Source: the human T2T-CHM13v2.0 reference genome, Homo sapiens. Taken from it: DNA of 64,000 nucleotides. The stretch lies in assembly GCF_009914755.1 (NCBI RefSeq), contig NC_060926.1; one strand, given 5' to 3'. The position numbers were made by a program, and so were the translations under genes. The notes under the pieces were generated by a model, which did no database searches, was not told the DNA's origin, and was given only the letters and a program-made list of their open reading frames with translations. Shown here in pieces: positions 26,028 through 42,293 of this stretch (its first letter is position 1; the number at the start of each line of letters is the position of its first letter).

Positions 26028-28840
26028 AGAACATACCACCCAACGGCAACAGAATACACATTCTTCTCAAGTAAACATGGAATATTTTCCAGGATAGATC
26101 ATATGTTAGCCCATAAAACAAGTCTTAAAAATTTAAGATCAAAATCACATCAAATATCTTTCCAACCACAATGCTAGAAACTAGAAATCAATAACAGAAA
26201 GAATCATAAAAAATCAACATCATGAATCATGAAAAAGTAACAAATATGTGTAAATTCAACAAGATGCTCCTAAATGACTGAGTCAAAGAAGAAATTAAAA
26301 TATAAATTTAAAAAACCCTTTTCAGACAAATGAAAATGGAAACCCAACATACTAAAACTTACAGGATGTAGCAAAAGCAATTCCAAGAGAAATATTTATA
26401 GCAATAAATGATCAAGTAAGATTTATTCCTGGGATGTAAGGATGGTTTAAAATATGTAAATCAATAAGCATGGTTCACCATATTAACAGAAAGAAGAATA
26501 AAAACCACATGATAATTTCAATTGATTCAGAAAAAGTATTTGAAAAAATGTAACATCCTTTCAAAAATAAAACTCTCAAAACTTAGATATAGAAGGTATG
26601 TTCCTCAGCACAATAGAGGCCATATGTGAAAAATCCACAGCTAACATCATACTCAGTATTTAAATTTGAAAACTATTTCTCAAGATCATAAACAAGTCAA
26701 GGATGCCCACTTTTAACACTTCTGTTAAACATAGTACTGGAAGTTCTAACTAGAGCAATTAAGCACGAGGAAAAAATAAAAGGCACTCAAATAGGAAAAA
26801 ATGAGGTGAAGTTATCTGTTTGTTGATGATACGATATAAACCCTGAAGGCTTCACCAGTAAAATTTGAACTAATTAAAGAATTTGTTAAAGTTATAGAGT
26901 ACAAAATCAGCTCACAGAATTACTAGCAATTCTGTACACTAAAAATTAACTAAGTGAAACTAACAAAACAATTCCATTGCAATAGCATATAAAATATAAA
27001 ATACTTAAGAGTAAATTTGAACAAGGAATTGATAGATGTCTATACTGAAACTGATAGAACATTGATGAGAGAAGAAATTACACAAATAAATGGAGAAATA
27101 TTCAGTGTTTATGGACTGAAGAATTAATATTGCAAAAATGTCAATATTATCCAAAGCTATATAAAAATTTAAAGCAATTCCTATCAAAATTCCAATGTCC
27201 TTCTTTAAAGAAATGTAATACAAAATCCTAAAATTTGTAAGGAACCATAAAAGACCCTGAATAGCCAAAACAATTTGACCAAAAAGAACAAAGCTGGGGC
27301 CATCACACTACCAGATTTCAAAATATATTACAAAGCTATGACAAACAAAACAGTATGATACTGGCATTAAAAACAGCCACATTGACCAATCGAATCGAAA
27401 AGAATATGAAGTCCAGAAATCAACCTACACAGTTACAGTTCATTAATTTTTGACAAAGGTGACAAGAACACACATTGGGTAAAGGACATCCTTTTCAATG
27501 AATGGAGCTGGCAAAACTAGATATTCACATACAGAAGAATGAAAATGAACGCTTATCCCAACCCTTGTATAGGAATCAATTCAAAATGAATTAAAGACTT
27601 GAATGTAAAACCTCAAACTATAAAACTACTAGAAGAAGAGATAAGGAAAAAGCTCTGTGACATTGGTTTGGGTAGAGATTTCTTAGAAATGACTCAGAAA
27701 GAACATACATTGAAAGCTAAAACAGACAAATGGGATTACATCAAATGAAAAAACATTTACACCACAAAAAAAATAGGATGAAGAGAAAACCCATGAATTG
27801 GGACCAAATATTTGCAAGTCATACATTGGATAAGGGACTATGTCCAAAATATGCAAAGAACTCAAACTACTCTATAACAAGAAAACCAATAGCCCTATTG
27901 AAAATGGGCAAAGGACTTGAATAAAAATTTCTGAAAAGAAGATATATCAATGGCCAACAAATATATGAAAAAATGCTTACTATCTCTAGTCATCAGGGAA
28001 ATTTATATTAAAACTAATGAGATAGGCCCTCACCATGTTATAATGGCTACTATCAAAAATGTGAAAGGTAACAAATATTGGTAAGGATGTGGAGAAAGGA
28101 GAACTCTTGTATATGGTGGTGATAACGTGAATAATTACTGTCAGTTTGGAAAACAGTATGGAAATTTTTCAAAAATCTAAAACTAGTATGACCATATGAT
28201 TCAGCAATCCCACCAATGGGTATATGCCCAAAGGAAGTGAAATCAGTATGCTGTATGTACATGTGTATTCCCATGATCTTGGCAGCATTATTTATGAGAG
28301 CAAAGATGTTAAAAACAATCTAATTGTCTATCAACAGATAAATTGATTTAAAATTGTGCTATATATACACAATAGAACACTATGCAGCATAACAAAAAAA
28401 AGAAATTCTGTCATTTGCAATATCATGGATAAATTTAGAGGACATTGTGTTAAGTGAAATAAGTCAGGCACAGAGAGAATAATACCATGTAATCTCACTT
28501 ACATGTGGAATTTTAAAAAGTCAGGCTCATAGAAGTAGAGAGTAGAATGGTAGTTACTAGAGGATTGGAGGGGTGGTGAACAGGGTACAAAGTCACAGAC
28601 AGGAGGGGTAAGTTCTGGTGTTTTATTGCACAGCCAGATGACTATACTTAATAGCAATGTACTGTATATTTCAAAATAGCAAAAAGAAAGGATTTTAAAT
28701 GTTCTCACCACAAAAGAAATGAGGTGATAAATATGCTAATTACTCTTATTTGATCAGTGTACACTGTATACATGTATTGAAATATGACTTTATACCCCAT
28801 GAATATATACAATTGTTATCTGTCAGTTAAAAAAAATAAA
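26025..28840 (+). mobile_element. L1MA-type, ORF2 to 3' end, with internal deletions
   Basis: EN (AGAATACACATTCTTCTCAAG), RT and C-terminal remnants; 3'UTR and A-tail at ~28829-28840. Confidence 0.85.
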
Positions 28841-29307
28841 ACTAACTAACTAAATAGATAAATAAATTCTAAGTGGCTCCAGAGCTGGAACTTCTTGCAT
28901 GACACTGCATTGTCCCCTGTGATCTCCATCCTCTACCATGTTTGTATGAAAGTTGATGAATATTGCCTTCTTGGACTTCAGCTGGGAAGGTGATCATTAG
29001 GTAACTCAAATTTTTCACGGCCCTGTGCAAGTTCCCAAATAGCTGCAAAAGTTTGTCAGGAATGTTGATTTGGGAATTACCAATAAATTTAACAAAGGTG
29101 AATTTGCAAATATAGAATCCTCAAATATGGACTCTAAATAATTTGCATTGATTTTGCTTATGTTTATGCATATGTCACAATAACTAGACTTTTCTGTCCT
29201 GGAATATTGTGTCTCAGTCAATTTAGGTATTTGATGTTAATAATATGAGAATAAAAAATAAGTTATATTCCTATCTACTGTAGTAAGACAAGAAAGGGAA
29301 ATAAAAG

Positions 29308-29467
29308 ATATATATATATATCTTATATATATATTATTTATGTGTGTGTGTATATATATATATACACATATATATATTTACATATATATGTATATATATA
29401 TTTACATATATATGTGTATATATATATATGTGTATATATATATATATATATACACATATATATATAT
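29308..29467. repeat. (TA)n/(TG)n/(CA)n compound microsatellite
   Basis: Directly visible. Confidence 0.95.
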
Positions 29468-29626
29468 GGAAAGAATAAATAAAACTCTGCTCATACTTCC
29501 ATGATTATATATGTAGGAAATCCAAAAGCATGAACAGCAGCAAAAAGACTCTTGGAACTGATAAGTGATTATAGCAAGGTTGAAGAATACAAAGTTAATA
29601 TACACAATTTAATCACTTTATATCAT

Positions 29627-29664
29627 TGTAATAGGGTCCTCCAGAGAAACAGATGCAACAGAAG

Positions 29665-29695
<31 letters not shown>

Positions 29696-30252
29696 TGCAC
29701 ACACACACATACAGAGAGAGATAGATAGATATAAATATACATGAAGAGGTGAAGAGGAGACTTATAATGGGAATTAGCTTGCATGATTATGAAGACTGAG
29801 AAATCCTACAATATACCATTGGTAAACTGGCTAGCCAGGAAAGCCAGGGTTGTAATTCTTTCTGAACCAAAGGGACTGAGAACCAGGGGAGCCCAGTGGT
29901 GTAGTTCCCAGTCCAAGACCAAAGGCCTGAGAACCAGAGGGGCACTGGTGTAAGCCCTGGAGTTGAAAGGTCTGAGAATGAAGAGTGTTATTGCCCAAGG
30001 ACAGGAGAAGATGAATGTCTCAGCTCAAAGAGAATGAGAAAGAGATTTCACTCTTCCTCTCAGTTTTTGTTATATCCAGGCCTTCAACAGATCGTGTGAT
30101 ACCTGCCCACATTGGTGAGGGTGGATCTTCATAATGTAGTTACTGACTCAAGTGCTAATTTATTCTGAAAACACCATTACAGAAACACCTGTTTTAGCAG
30201 CTATCTGAACATCCTTTGACCTAGTAATATTGACATATAATTGACCACCACA
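29627..30252 (-). mobile_element. MLT2 (ERVL) solo LTR with internal (CA)n
   Basis: TGTAATAGGGTCCTCCAGAGAAACAG..GACATATAATTGACCACCACA. Confidence 0.8.
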
Positions 30253-31328
30253 ACCAGATGAACAAATAGGAATTGAAATTAAAAATATACATCATTTATA
30301 TTAGCACCACAAAAATGAAATAATTAGGTATAAATCTAGCAAAATATGTACAAATTATATATAAAAAACTATAAAACTCTGATGAAATAAATTTAAAAAC
30401 TAAATAAATGGAGAAGTATTTCATATTCATGAATAGGAAGACTCAATATTGATAAGTTGTCAATTCTTCACAACTTGATCTGTAGATTCAATGCAATGCC
30501 ACTCAAAATACCAGGAAGTTATTTTGTAGATATCAACAAATTGATTTTACAGGTTATATGGAGAAACCAAAGACCTGGAATAGTGAACGCATTATTGAAG
30601 AACAAAGTTGAAAGAGTAAGACTACCAAATTTCAACACTTATGATAAAGCTACAGTAGTTGAGATAGTGTGATATTGGTGAAGAATGGGAAAAAAAAATG
30701 GAGGAGAATAGAGAGCCCAGAGAAAAACCTACATAAATACAGTCACTGATAGTTGACAAAGGAACAAAGTTAATACAATGAAACAAAGATAACCTTTTCA
30801 AGACATGGTTCTAAAACAATTGGAAATCCACAAGCCAAAAAAAAAAATCTAGACACAGACCTTATATCTTCCACAAAACTTAATTCAAAATGGATCTTAG
30901 GCCTAAGCGTAAAACAAGTTGTACCACTCTAAGAAAATTATTGGAGAAAATCTAGATAACCTTGGATATAGTGATGACATTTTAGATACAACACCAAGGG
31001 CATGATCTATCAAAGAAATAATAGATAACCTGAACTTTATTAAGAATTTAAAAGCAAACTCATGCTCTATGGTAAACAATGCTAAGAGAATAAAAAGACA
31101 AGCCACAGAATGGGAGAAAATATTTCCAAAGGACACATCTGATAAAAAACTGTTATCCAAAAAGTACCAAAACTAGTAACACCTCAACAATATGAAAACA
31201 AAAATCCTAATGAAAATTCGACCTAAAACCTTAACATACACTTCATTAAGAAAACAGACAGATGACATATAGGCATATGAAAAGTGAACCTATGTCATCA
31301 GCAAAATGTAAATTAAAACAATGAGACA

Positions 31329-33735
31329 TAATATGGTTTCGATCTGTGTCTCCAACCAAATTTCATGTTCAGTGTTGGAAGTGGGGCCTGGTGGAAGGTG
31401 ATGGGATCATAGGGGTGGCTTTTAATAGTCTAGTATCATTATCCTAGTGCTGTTCTCATAATACAATTCTCATGAGATATGATTATTTGTGTGGCAGCCC
31501 CTCCCAACTCTTCCTCCTGCTCCAGTCATGTAAGACATGGGTGCTTCCCCTTTGTCTTCCACCATGCTTCAGAGTTTACTGATGACCCCCAGAAGCTGCT
31601 ATGCTTCCTGCATAGCCTGCAGAACTGCAAGCCAATTAAACCTTTTATTTTTTATAAATTACTCAGTCTCAGGTATTTCTTTGTAGCAATGCAAGAATGG
31701 ACTAATACAGAAAATTGGTACCAAAGAGTGGGACATTGCTAGAAAGATACTTGAAAATGCAAAAGCAACTTAGGAACATTTAATGGGCAGAGATTAAAAG
31801 AGTATGGAACACTCAGAGTAAAACAGGAGGATGAGAAAACTTTGGAACCCCCTAGACTGCTTAAATAGTTGTCACTAAAATGCTGATTGTGATATGGACA
31901 ATAAAGTACAGGCTGATTAGGTCTCATATGGGGAAATAAGGACCTTATTGGAAGCCAGAGTAAAGGTCACTTTTGTTATGTGTTAGCAAAGAGACTGACT
32001 GCATTGTGTCCCTGCTGTAGGAATATGTGGAACATTGAACTTGTAAGTAATGATTTAGAGAATCTGGTGGAAGAAATTTCTGAGTGGCAAAGTGTTCAGG
32101 AGTTCACCTGTGTGCTTTTGAAAGCCTATGCTCATAGGCATGAAAAAGAAATAACTTGAAATTGGAATTTATATTTAAAAGGAAAGCAGAGCACAAATGT
32201 TTAGAAAATTTGCAGCCTAGTTTTGTGGTATAAAAGAAAAGCCCTTTTTTGGGGGAGGACTTCAAGTGGGCTGCACAAATTTGCACAACTAAAAGGAAGG
32301 CAAATTCTGATAGTCAAAACCAGAAAAAAGCCTCAAAAGCATTTTAGAGACCTCTGCTGCAGCCACTCCCATCACAAGCCCAGAGGCCTAGAAGGAAAGA
32401 ATGGTTTTGTGGGCCAGGTCCAGGGCCCCACCACCCTGCACAACCTGGGGACACTGATCCCTGCATCTTAGTCCTAGATGCTCTATCTCCAGCCATGGCT
32501 AAAATGGCCCCAGAAACAGCTCGTGCCTCCACTTCTGAGGGTGCAAGTCATAAGCCTTGGCTGCTTCCTTGTGGTGTTAAGCCTGTGAGTGTACAGAGTG
32601 CAAGAGTTGAGGCTTGGGAGCCTCCACCTAGATTTCAGAGTATGTAAGGAAAAACCTGAATGTCCAGGCAGAAGCCTATTACAGGGGTGAAGCCCTCATG
32701 AAGGACCTCTACTCAAGAAGTATGAAGGGAAAATGTGGGGTTGGAGCCTCCACACAGGGTCCCCACTGGAGCACTGCCTAGTGGAGCTGTGAGAAAAGGG
32801 TCACTATCTTACAGACCCCAGAATTGTAGATCCATCAACAGCTTGCTATCCACACCTGGAAAAGTCAGAGGTGCTCCACACTAGCCTGTGAAAGCAGATG
32901 CAGGCCTTGTGCCTTGCAAATCCTCAGGGGCAGAGCTGTCCAAAGCCTTGGGAGGCTACCTCTTGCATCAATGTTCCCTGGATATGAGGCATGAAGTTAA
33001 AAGAGGTTACTGTGGAGCTTTAAGATTTAACGACTGCCCTGCTGGGTTTCAGATTTGTGGTGGGGCCTATAGCCCCTTTCTTTTGGCCAATTTCTCCCTT
33101 TTGCAACAGGAATATTTATGCAATGCTTATTACCTCCATTGTATCTAGGAAATAACTAACTTGTTTTCATGAGAGTCAAAGTCTCATCAAATTTCAAAGT
33201 CAGATGAGAATTTCAACTTTGGACTTTTGAGTTAATGCTGGAATGAGTTAAGACTTTGAGGGACTATTGGGACAACATGATTGTAATTTGCAATGTGAGA
33301 AGGATATGAGATTTAAAGCGGCCAGGGGATGGGGACATGATATGTTTTGGATATGTGTCCCCACCCAAATCTTATGTTCAATTATAATCTTCAGTGTTTG
33401 AGTTGGGGCCTGGTAAGAGGTGATTGGGTCATGGAGATGGTTTCTAATGGTTTAGTACCACCCCTCTGCTACTGTTCTCATGGTAGAGTTCTCATGAGAT
33501 CTGATTGTTTAAAAGTTTGTGGCACTCCCCTCTCTCTTCCTCCTGCTTCAGTCTTGTAAGACATGCCTGCTTCCCCTTTATCTTTCTGCCATGAATGAAA
33601 GTTCCTGAGGCCTTCCCAGAAGCCACTATGCTTCCTGTACAGCCTGCAGAACCATGAGCCAATTAAACCTCTTTTATTTGAAAATTACCCAGTTTCAGCT
33701 ATTTCTTCATAGCAATGTGAGAATGAACTAATACA
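31329..33735 (+). mobile_element. Complete MSTA MaLR element (LTRs 31329-31708 and 33338-33735)
   Basis: Two LTRs ending ACTAATACA, MaLR internal region, TSD AGACA/AGATC. Confidence 0.9.
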
Positions 33736-34126
33736 AGATCCCACTACATACCTACTAGAATGGGCAAAATCCAGAGCACTGTCAATACCTAAAGCTGGTG
33801 AGGATGTGGAACAAGAGAAACTTTCATTAATTTCGGTTGGGACTGCAAAATTGCACAGTCACTTTGGAAGGCAGTTTGGCAGTTTCTTTCCAGAATAAAC
33901 ATACTCTTACCAAATGATCCAGTAGTCATGCTTCTTAATACTTACGCAAATGATTTAAAACTTACATCAGTGCAAAAACCTGCACTCAGATGTTTATAGC
34001 AGCTTTATTCATAATTGTCAAGACTTGGAAGCAACCAAGATTTCCTTCAGTAGGTAAATGAATAAATGAACTGTGGTACATCCAGAGAATGGGATATTAC
34101 TCTGTGCTTAAAAGAATGAGTTATTA

Positions 34127-34436
<310 letters not shown>

Positions 34437-35069
34437 TTATTAAGCCATGGAAATAAATGGAGAAAATTTAAATGCTTATTAATAAGTGAAACAAGCCTTT
34501 TTGAAAAGGCTGCATATGTTACTATTTCAACTATATAAAATTTTGTAAAAGATAAAACTATGGAGACAGTGAAGATTAGGATTGGGAGGAGGAGGATGAA
34601 TAGGCAAAGAACACAGGACTTTTAGGGCAGTGAAACTACTCTATATGATACTCTGATGGTGGATGCATGTCATTATTCACTTATCCAAATTCATAGAATG
34701 TGTAACACCAAGAGTGAACTCTAATGTAAACTATGGACTTGGGGTTATTATGATGTTTCAATGTTGGTACTTCAAATGTAACACATGTATCAATCTGATG
34801 GGAGATGTCAATAATGGGGGAGGATTCACATATTTGGGGAAAGGGGGTATATGAAAAATCTCTGGACTGTTCTTTCAATATTGATGTGAACCTGAAACTG
34901 CTCTAAAAATAAGGTATTCATAAAAATAGATATAACAATTATTACTGTGCACTATCTTAATAGATTTTTTGTTGATTTGACTAACTTGTGACTATGGCTA
35001 CATATAAAACAGCTAAAGTGATGTATTCCTCTATATTATTTATTTTCTATTTTTTTTGTAATTTTTTTA

Positions 35070-35173
35070 TGTCAGATGAGCAATATGCTGACATCATAAA
35101 GAGGTTTGAGGGGGGCACATCACACACGTGAATTTGAAAACTCCATCATTATACTTATGAATCACAAAAATAT
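35070..35173 (-). pseudogene. U13 (SNORD13) snoRNA processed pseudogene
   Basis: Minus strand ATATTTTTGTGATTCATAAGTATAATGATGG..GATGTGCCCCCCTCAAACCT..CATCTGACA is colinear with U13 as recalled (~104 nt, D box CTGA); A-rich tail at 35041-35069. Confidence 0.85.
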
Positions 35174-35504
35174 ACATTTTCTTAATTGATTTACTCTGTC
35201 AACATTGTCCCTCTGCACCTGTCCTTTCATAATTTTCTCTCAGATTCCTTAATGTATGGCTTCAACCGTAATTCATAATGCCTGCATTCAATTATGTTTT
35301 AAAATGTACGGTTATTTACCACATTATTTAAATTCTAAATAATTATGAAATTTTAAATTAAATTTTAGCTATGATAGTATGTATCTTTTCAAGTCAAAAC
35401 ATACTCTCAGGAAATTATCATATAGTCTACACAAAATCAGAAGTATTTTAGCTAGTAAAGATGAAGCACAAGGCATATATGCAGAGACCACTCAAAATAT
35501 TTTC

Positions 35505-38529
<3,025 letters not shown>

Positions 38530-40264
38530 TAACATCTTAATTTTGAATCAATACTCTACTTCCCTTTAAAAAATAATAAAAATTTTATTTATTTATTTAA
38601 AAATTACCTTCAGTGACACACTACAGGTAATTTTCAACACTGGGACTTTGGAGGGAGAGTTTCTGGTAGATGGTGGTGTGTGGCATTCATTGACATAAAG
38701 CCAAGATGAATTGTACTAAAAGGTAACCTTTTCTGCCATGGATCAGATGGAGCTTTTAAGGGCAAGTGCAGTGTCTGTCAACAGCACATCACTGTCAATC
38801 CTCAATTGCTGTTTTCAGAACAAAAATGAGGATAGTGGTGTTTTTTATACAAAACAAATGAACTGGTGAATAACCAAATTAGACCCAGCTTTCATGCTTT
38901 GTTTTTAAAAATATATTCTTTCTTCAACTTCTATTTTAGATTCAGGGTATATATGTGCAGTTTTGTTACCTGGATATATTGTGTGATGCTGAAGTTGGCA
39001 CTATTAATGATCCCATCACACAGGTGCCAATCAGAGCACCCAAAGGTTAACTTTTTAACACTTACTCCCCTATACCCCTCCTCTAGTAGTCCCCAAGGTC
39101 TATTGCCATCTTTATGTTTATGCATACTCAAAGTTCAGCTCTCACTTATAAGTGAGATTCTGGTATTTAGTTTCTGTTCATGAGTTAATTCACTTATGAC
39201 AATGGCCTTCAGCTGCATCTATGTTGCTGCAAATGGCATGATTTTGTTTATTTTTATAGAGGCATAGTATTGCATGGTGTACGTGTACAACATTTGCTCT
39301 ATACAATCCACCATTGATGGGCACCTAGGCACCTAGGTTGATTCCATGTCTTTGCTGTTGTGAATAATGCTGAAATGGACATGCAGCATTATCTGTCTAT
39401 CTGTCTGTCTATCTATCTATCTATATACACACACACGTGCATGTGTATTGAAGATATAATTTATCTTCACAAGAAGATAAATTATTCTACAGTTATTCAC
39501 AAGAAGATACACACACACATATACACACACACATACACACACAAATACACAGTAATGGAATTTCTGGGTCCAATGATAAATCTCTAAATTCTTTGAGAAA
39601 TCTACAAACTTCTTTCCACGGTGACTGAACTAATTTACAATTCCAACAACAGGGTATAAGCATTCCCTCTTCCTTGCAGCCTCACCAACATCTGTTGTTT
39701 TTTTTACTTTTTAGTAATAGCTATTCTGACTGGTGTGAAAGATTATCTCACTGTGATTTTGACTTGGATTTCACTGATGATTAGTGACAGTGAACATTTT
39801 TCCATATGTTTCTTGGCCACTTGTATGTCTTCTTTTAAGAAGTGTATATTCATGTCATTTTCCCATTTTGTAATGGGGTTGTTTTCTGTTTGTCAAATTG
39901 TTTAAGTTCCTTATAGATTCTGGATATGAGCCCATAGTAGATGCACGGTTGTCAATATTTTGTCCCATTTATTAGGTTGTCAATTTACAAATTCAATTTC
40001 AGAACTCTGTTTTGATCTGTTTAGTGTTTTATTTTTTTTCCTGATTCAATCTGGGAAGGTTGTGTGTTTCCAGAAATTTATCCATTTCCTCTTGGTTTTC
40101 TAGTTTGTGTGCCTAGAAGTGTTCATAATAGTCTCTGAGGAACTTTGGTTTTACTGTGAGATTGATTGTAATATTGCCTTTATCATTTCTGATTGTGCTT
40201 ATTTGGATCTTTTTTTTTCCTTGTTTAGTCTAGCTAGTGGTCTACTGATTTAGTTTATCCTTTC

Positions 40265-41939
40265 TTTTTTATTTTTTTAAATTATACTTTAAGTTTTAGG
40301 GTACATGTGCACAACATGCAGGTTTGTTAAGTAGGTATACATATGCCATGTTGATTTGCCACACCCATTAACTCATCATTTACATTAGGTATTTCTCCTA
40401 ATGCTATCCCTCCCCCTGCCCCCCACCCCATGACAGGCCCCAGGATGTGATGTTCCCCGCCTTATGTCCAAGTGCTCTCATTGTTCAATTCCCACCTATG
40501 AATGAAAACATGCCGTGTCTGGTTTTCTGTCCTTGTGATAGTTTGCTCAGAATGATGGTTTCCAGCTGCATGTCCCTGCAAAGGACATGAACTAATGCTT
40601 TTTATGGCTGCATAGTATTCCATGGTTTATATGTACCACATTTTCTTAATCCAGTCTGTCATTGATGGACATTTGGGTTGGTTCCAAGTCTTTGCTATTG
40701 TGAATAGTGCCACAATAAACATATGTGTGCATGTGTCTTTATAGTAGCATGATTTATAATCCTTTGGGTATATACGCAGTAATGGGATCACTGGGTCAAA
40801 TGTTATTTCTAGTTCTACATCCTTGGACTAGTTGGACAGTGGATGCAGCCCACAGAGGGTGAGCCAAAGAAGGGCGGGGCATCGCCCCACCCGGGAAGTG
40901 CAAGCAGTCAGAGGATTTCCCTCTCCTAGGCAAGGGAAGCCGTGACAGACGGTACCTGGAAAAACGGGACACTGCCACACAAATACTGCGCTTTTCCAAT
41001 GGTCTTAGCAAATGGCACACCAGGAGATTACATCCCGCGGGTCCCATGCCCACGGAGCCTTGCTCACTGCTAAAGCAGCAGTCTGAGATTGACCTGTGAG
41101 GCAGCAGCCTGGCAGGGGGAGGGGTGTCTGCCATTGCTTATGGAATGAGACCACCACTTCTCCTGTTGTCCTTCCCAGCTTCTCCCCTACCTCCTCTTTT
41201 CCCTAGTTTATAAGACAGGAGAAAAGGGAGAAAGCAAAAAGTTGGAAAGAAACAGAAGTAAGATAAATAGCTAGATGACCTTGGCGCCACCATCTGGCCC
41301 TGGTGGTTAAAATAATAATAATAATATTAACCCCTGATCAAAATTACTTGTGTTATCTGTAAATTCCAGACATTGTATGAGAAAGCACTGTAAAACTTTT
41401 TGTTCTGTTAGGTGATGCATGTAGCCCCCAGTCACGTTCCTCATGCTTGCTTGATCTATTATGACCCTTTCACGTGGATCCCTTAGAGTTGTAAGCCCTT
41501 AAAAGGGCTAGGAATTTCTTTTTCGGAGAGCTCAGCTCTTAAGATGAGACTCTGCCAACTCTTCCAGCCGAATAAAAACCTCTTCCTTCTTTAATCTGGT
41601 GTCTGAGGAGTTTTGTCTGGGGCTTGTCCGGCTACAGCTGAGGCTTGAGTATGTAAACAAAGCAGCTGAGGAAGCTCCAATGGGGAGGAACCCACTGCAG
41701 CTCAGCAAGGCCTATTTCCTCTGTAGACTCCACCTCTGGGGGCAGGCATAGCTGAACAAAAGGCAGAAGAAACTTCTGCAGACTTAAGCATCCCTGTCTG
41801 ACAGCTCTGAAGAGAGCAGTTGTTCTCCCAGCATGGTGTTTGAGCTCGGAGAATGGGCAGACTGCTTCCTCAAGTGGGTCGCTGACCCCCGTGTAGCCTA
41901 ACTGGGAGACACCTCCCAATTGGGCCGACTGACACCTCA
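40265..41939 (-). mobile_element. L1PA insertion: 3' end (minus) fused to an inverted 5'UTR fragment (plus)
   Basis: 3' end 40265-~40823; 5'UTR ~40824-41939; TSD TAGTTTATCCTTTC (40251-40264 and 41940-41953). Confidence 0.88.
41139..41636 (+). mobile_element. LTR3 (HERV-K HML-6/HERVK3) solo LTR
   Basis: GGAATGAGACCACCACTTCTCCTGTTGTCC...AATAAA (41571)...GTCTGAGGAGTTTTGTCTG..GCTACA. Confidence 0.78.
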
Positions 41940-41967
41940 TAGTTTATCCTTTCAAAGAACCAACTTT

Positions 41968-42293
<326 letters not shown>

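Noticed and set aside
25432-26097. Overlapping long ORFs (221, 170 and 159 aa) rich in Y/I/C/M
   Set aside because: Artefacts of a stop-poor (TA/TG) minisatellite
41284-41300. TGGCGCC PBS-like motif
   Set aside because: Lies inside the solo LTR, is not followed by internal sequence, and the match is too short
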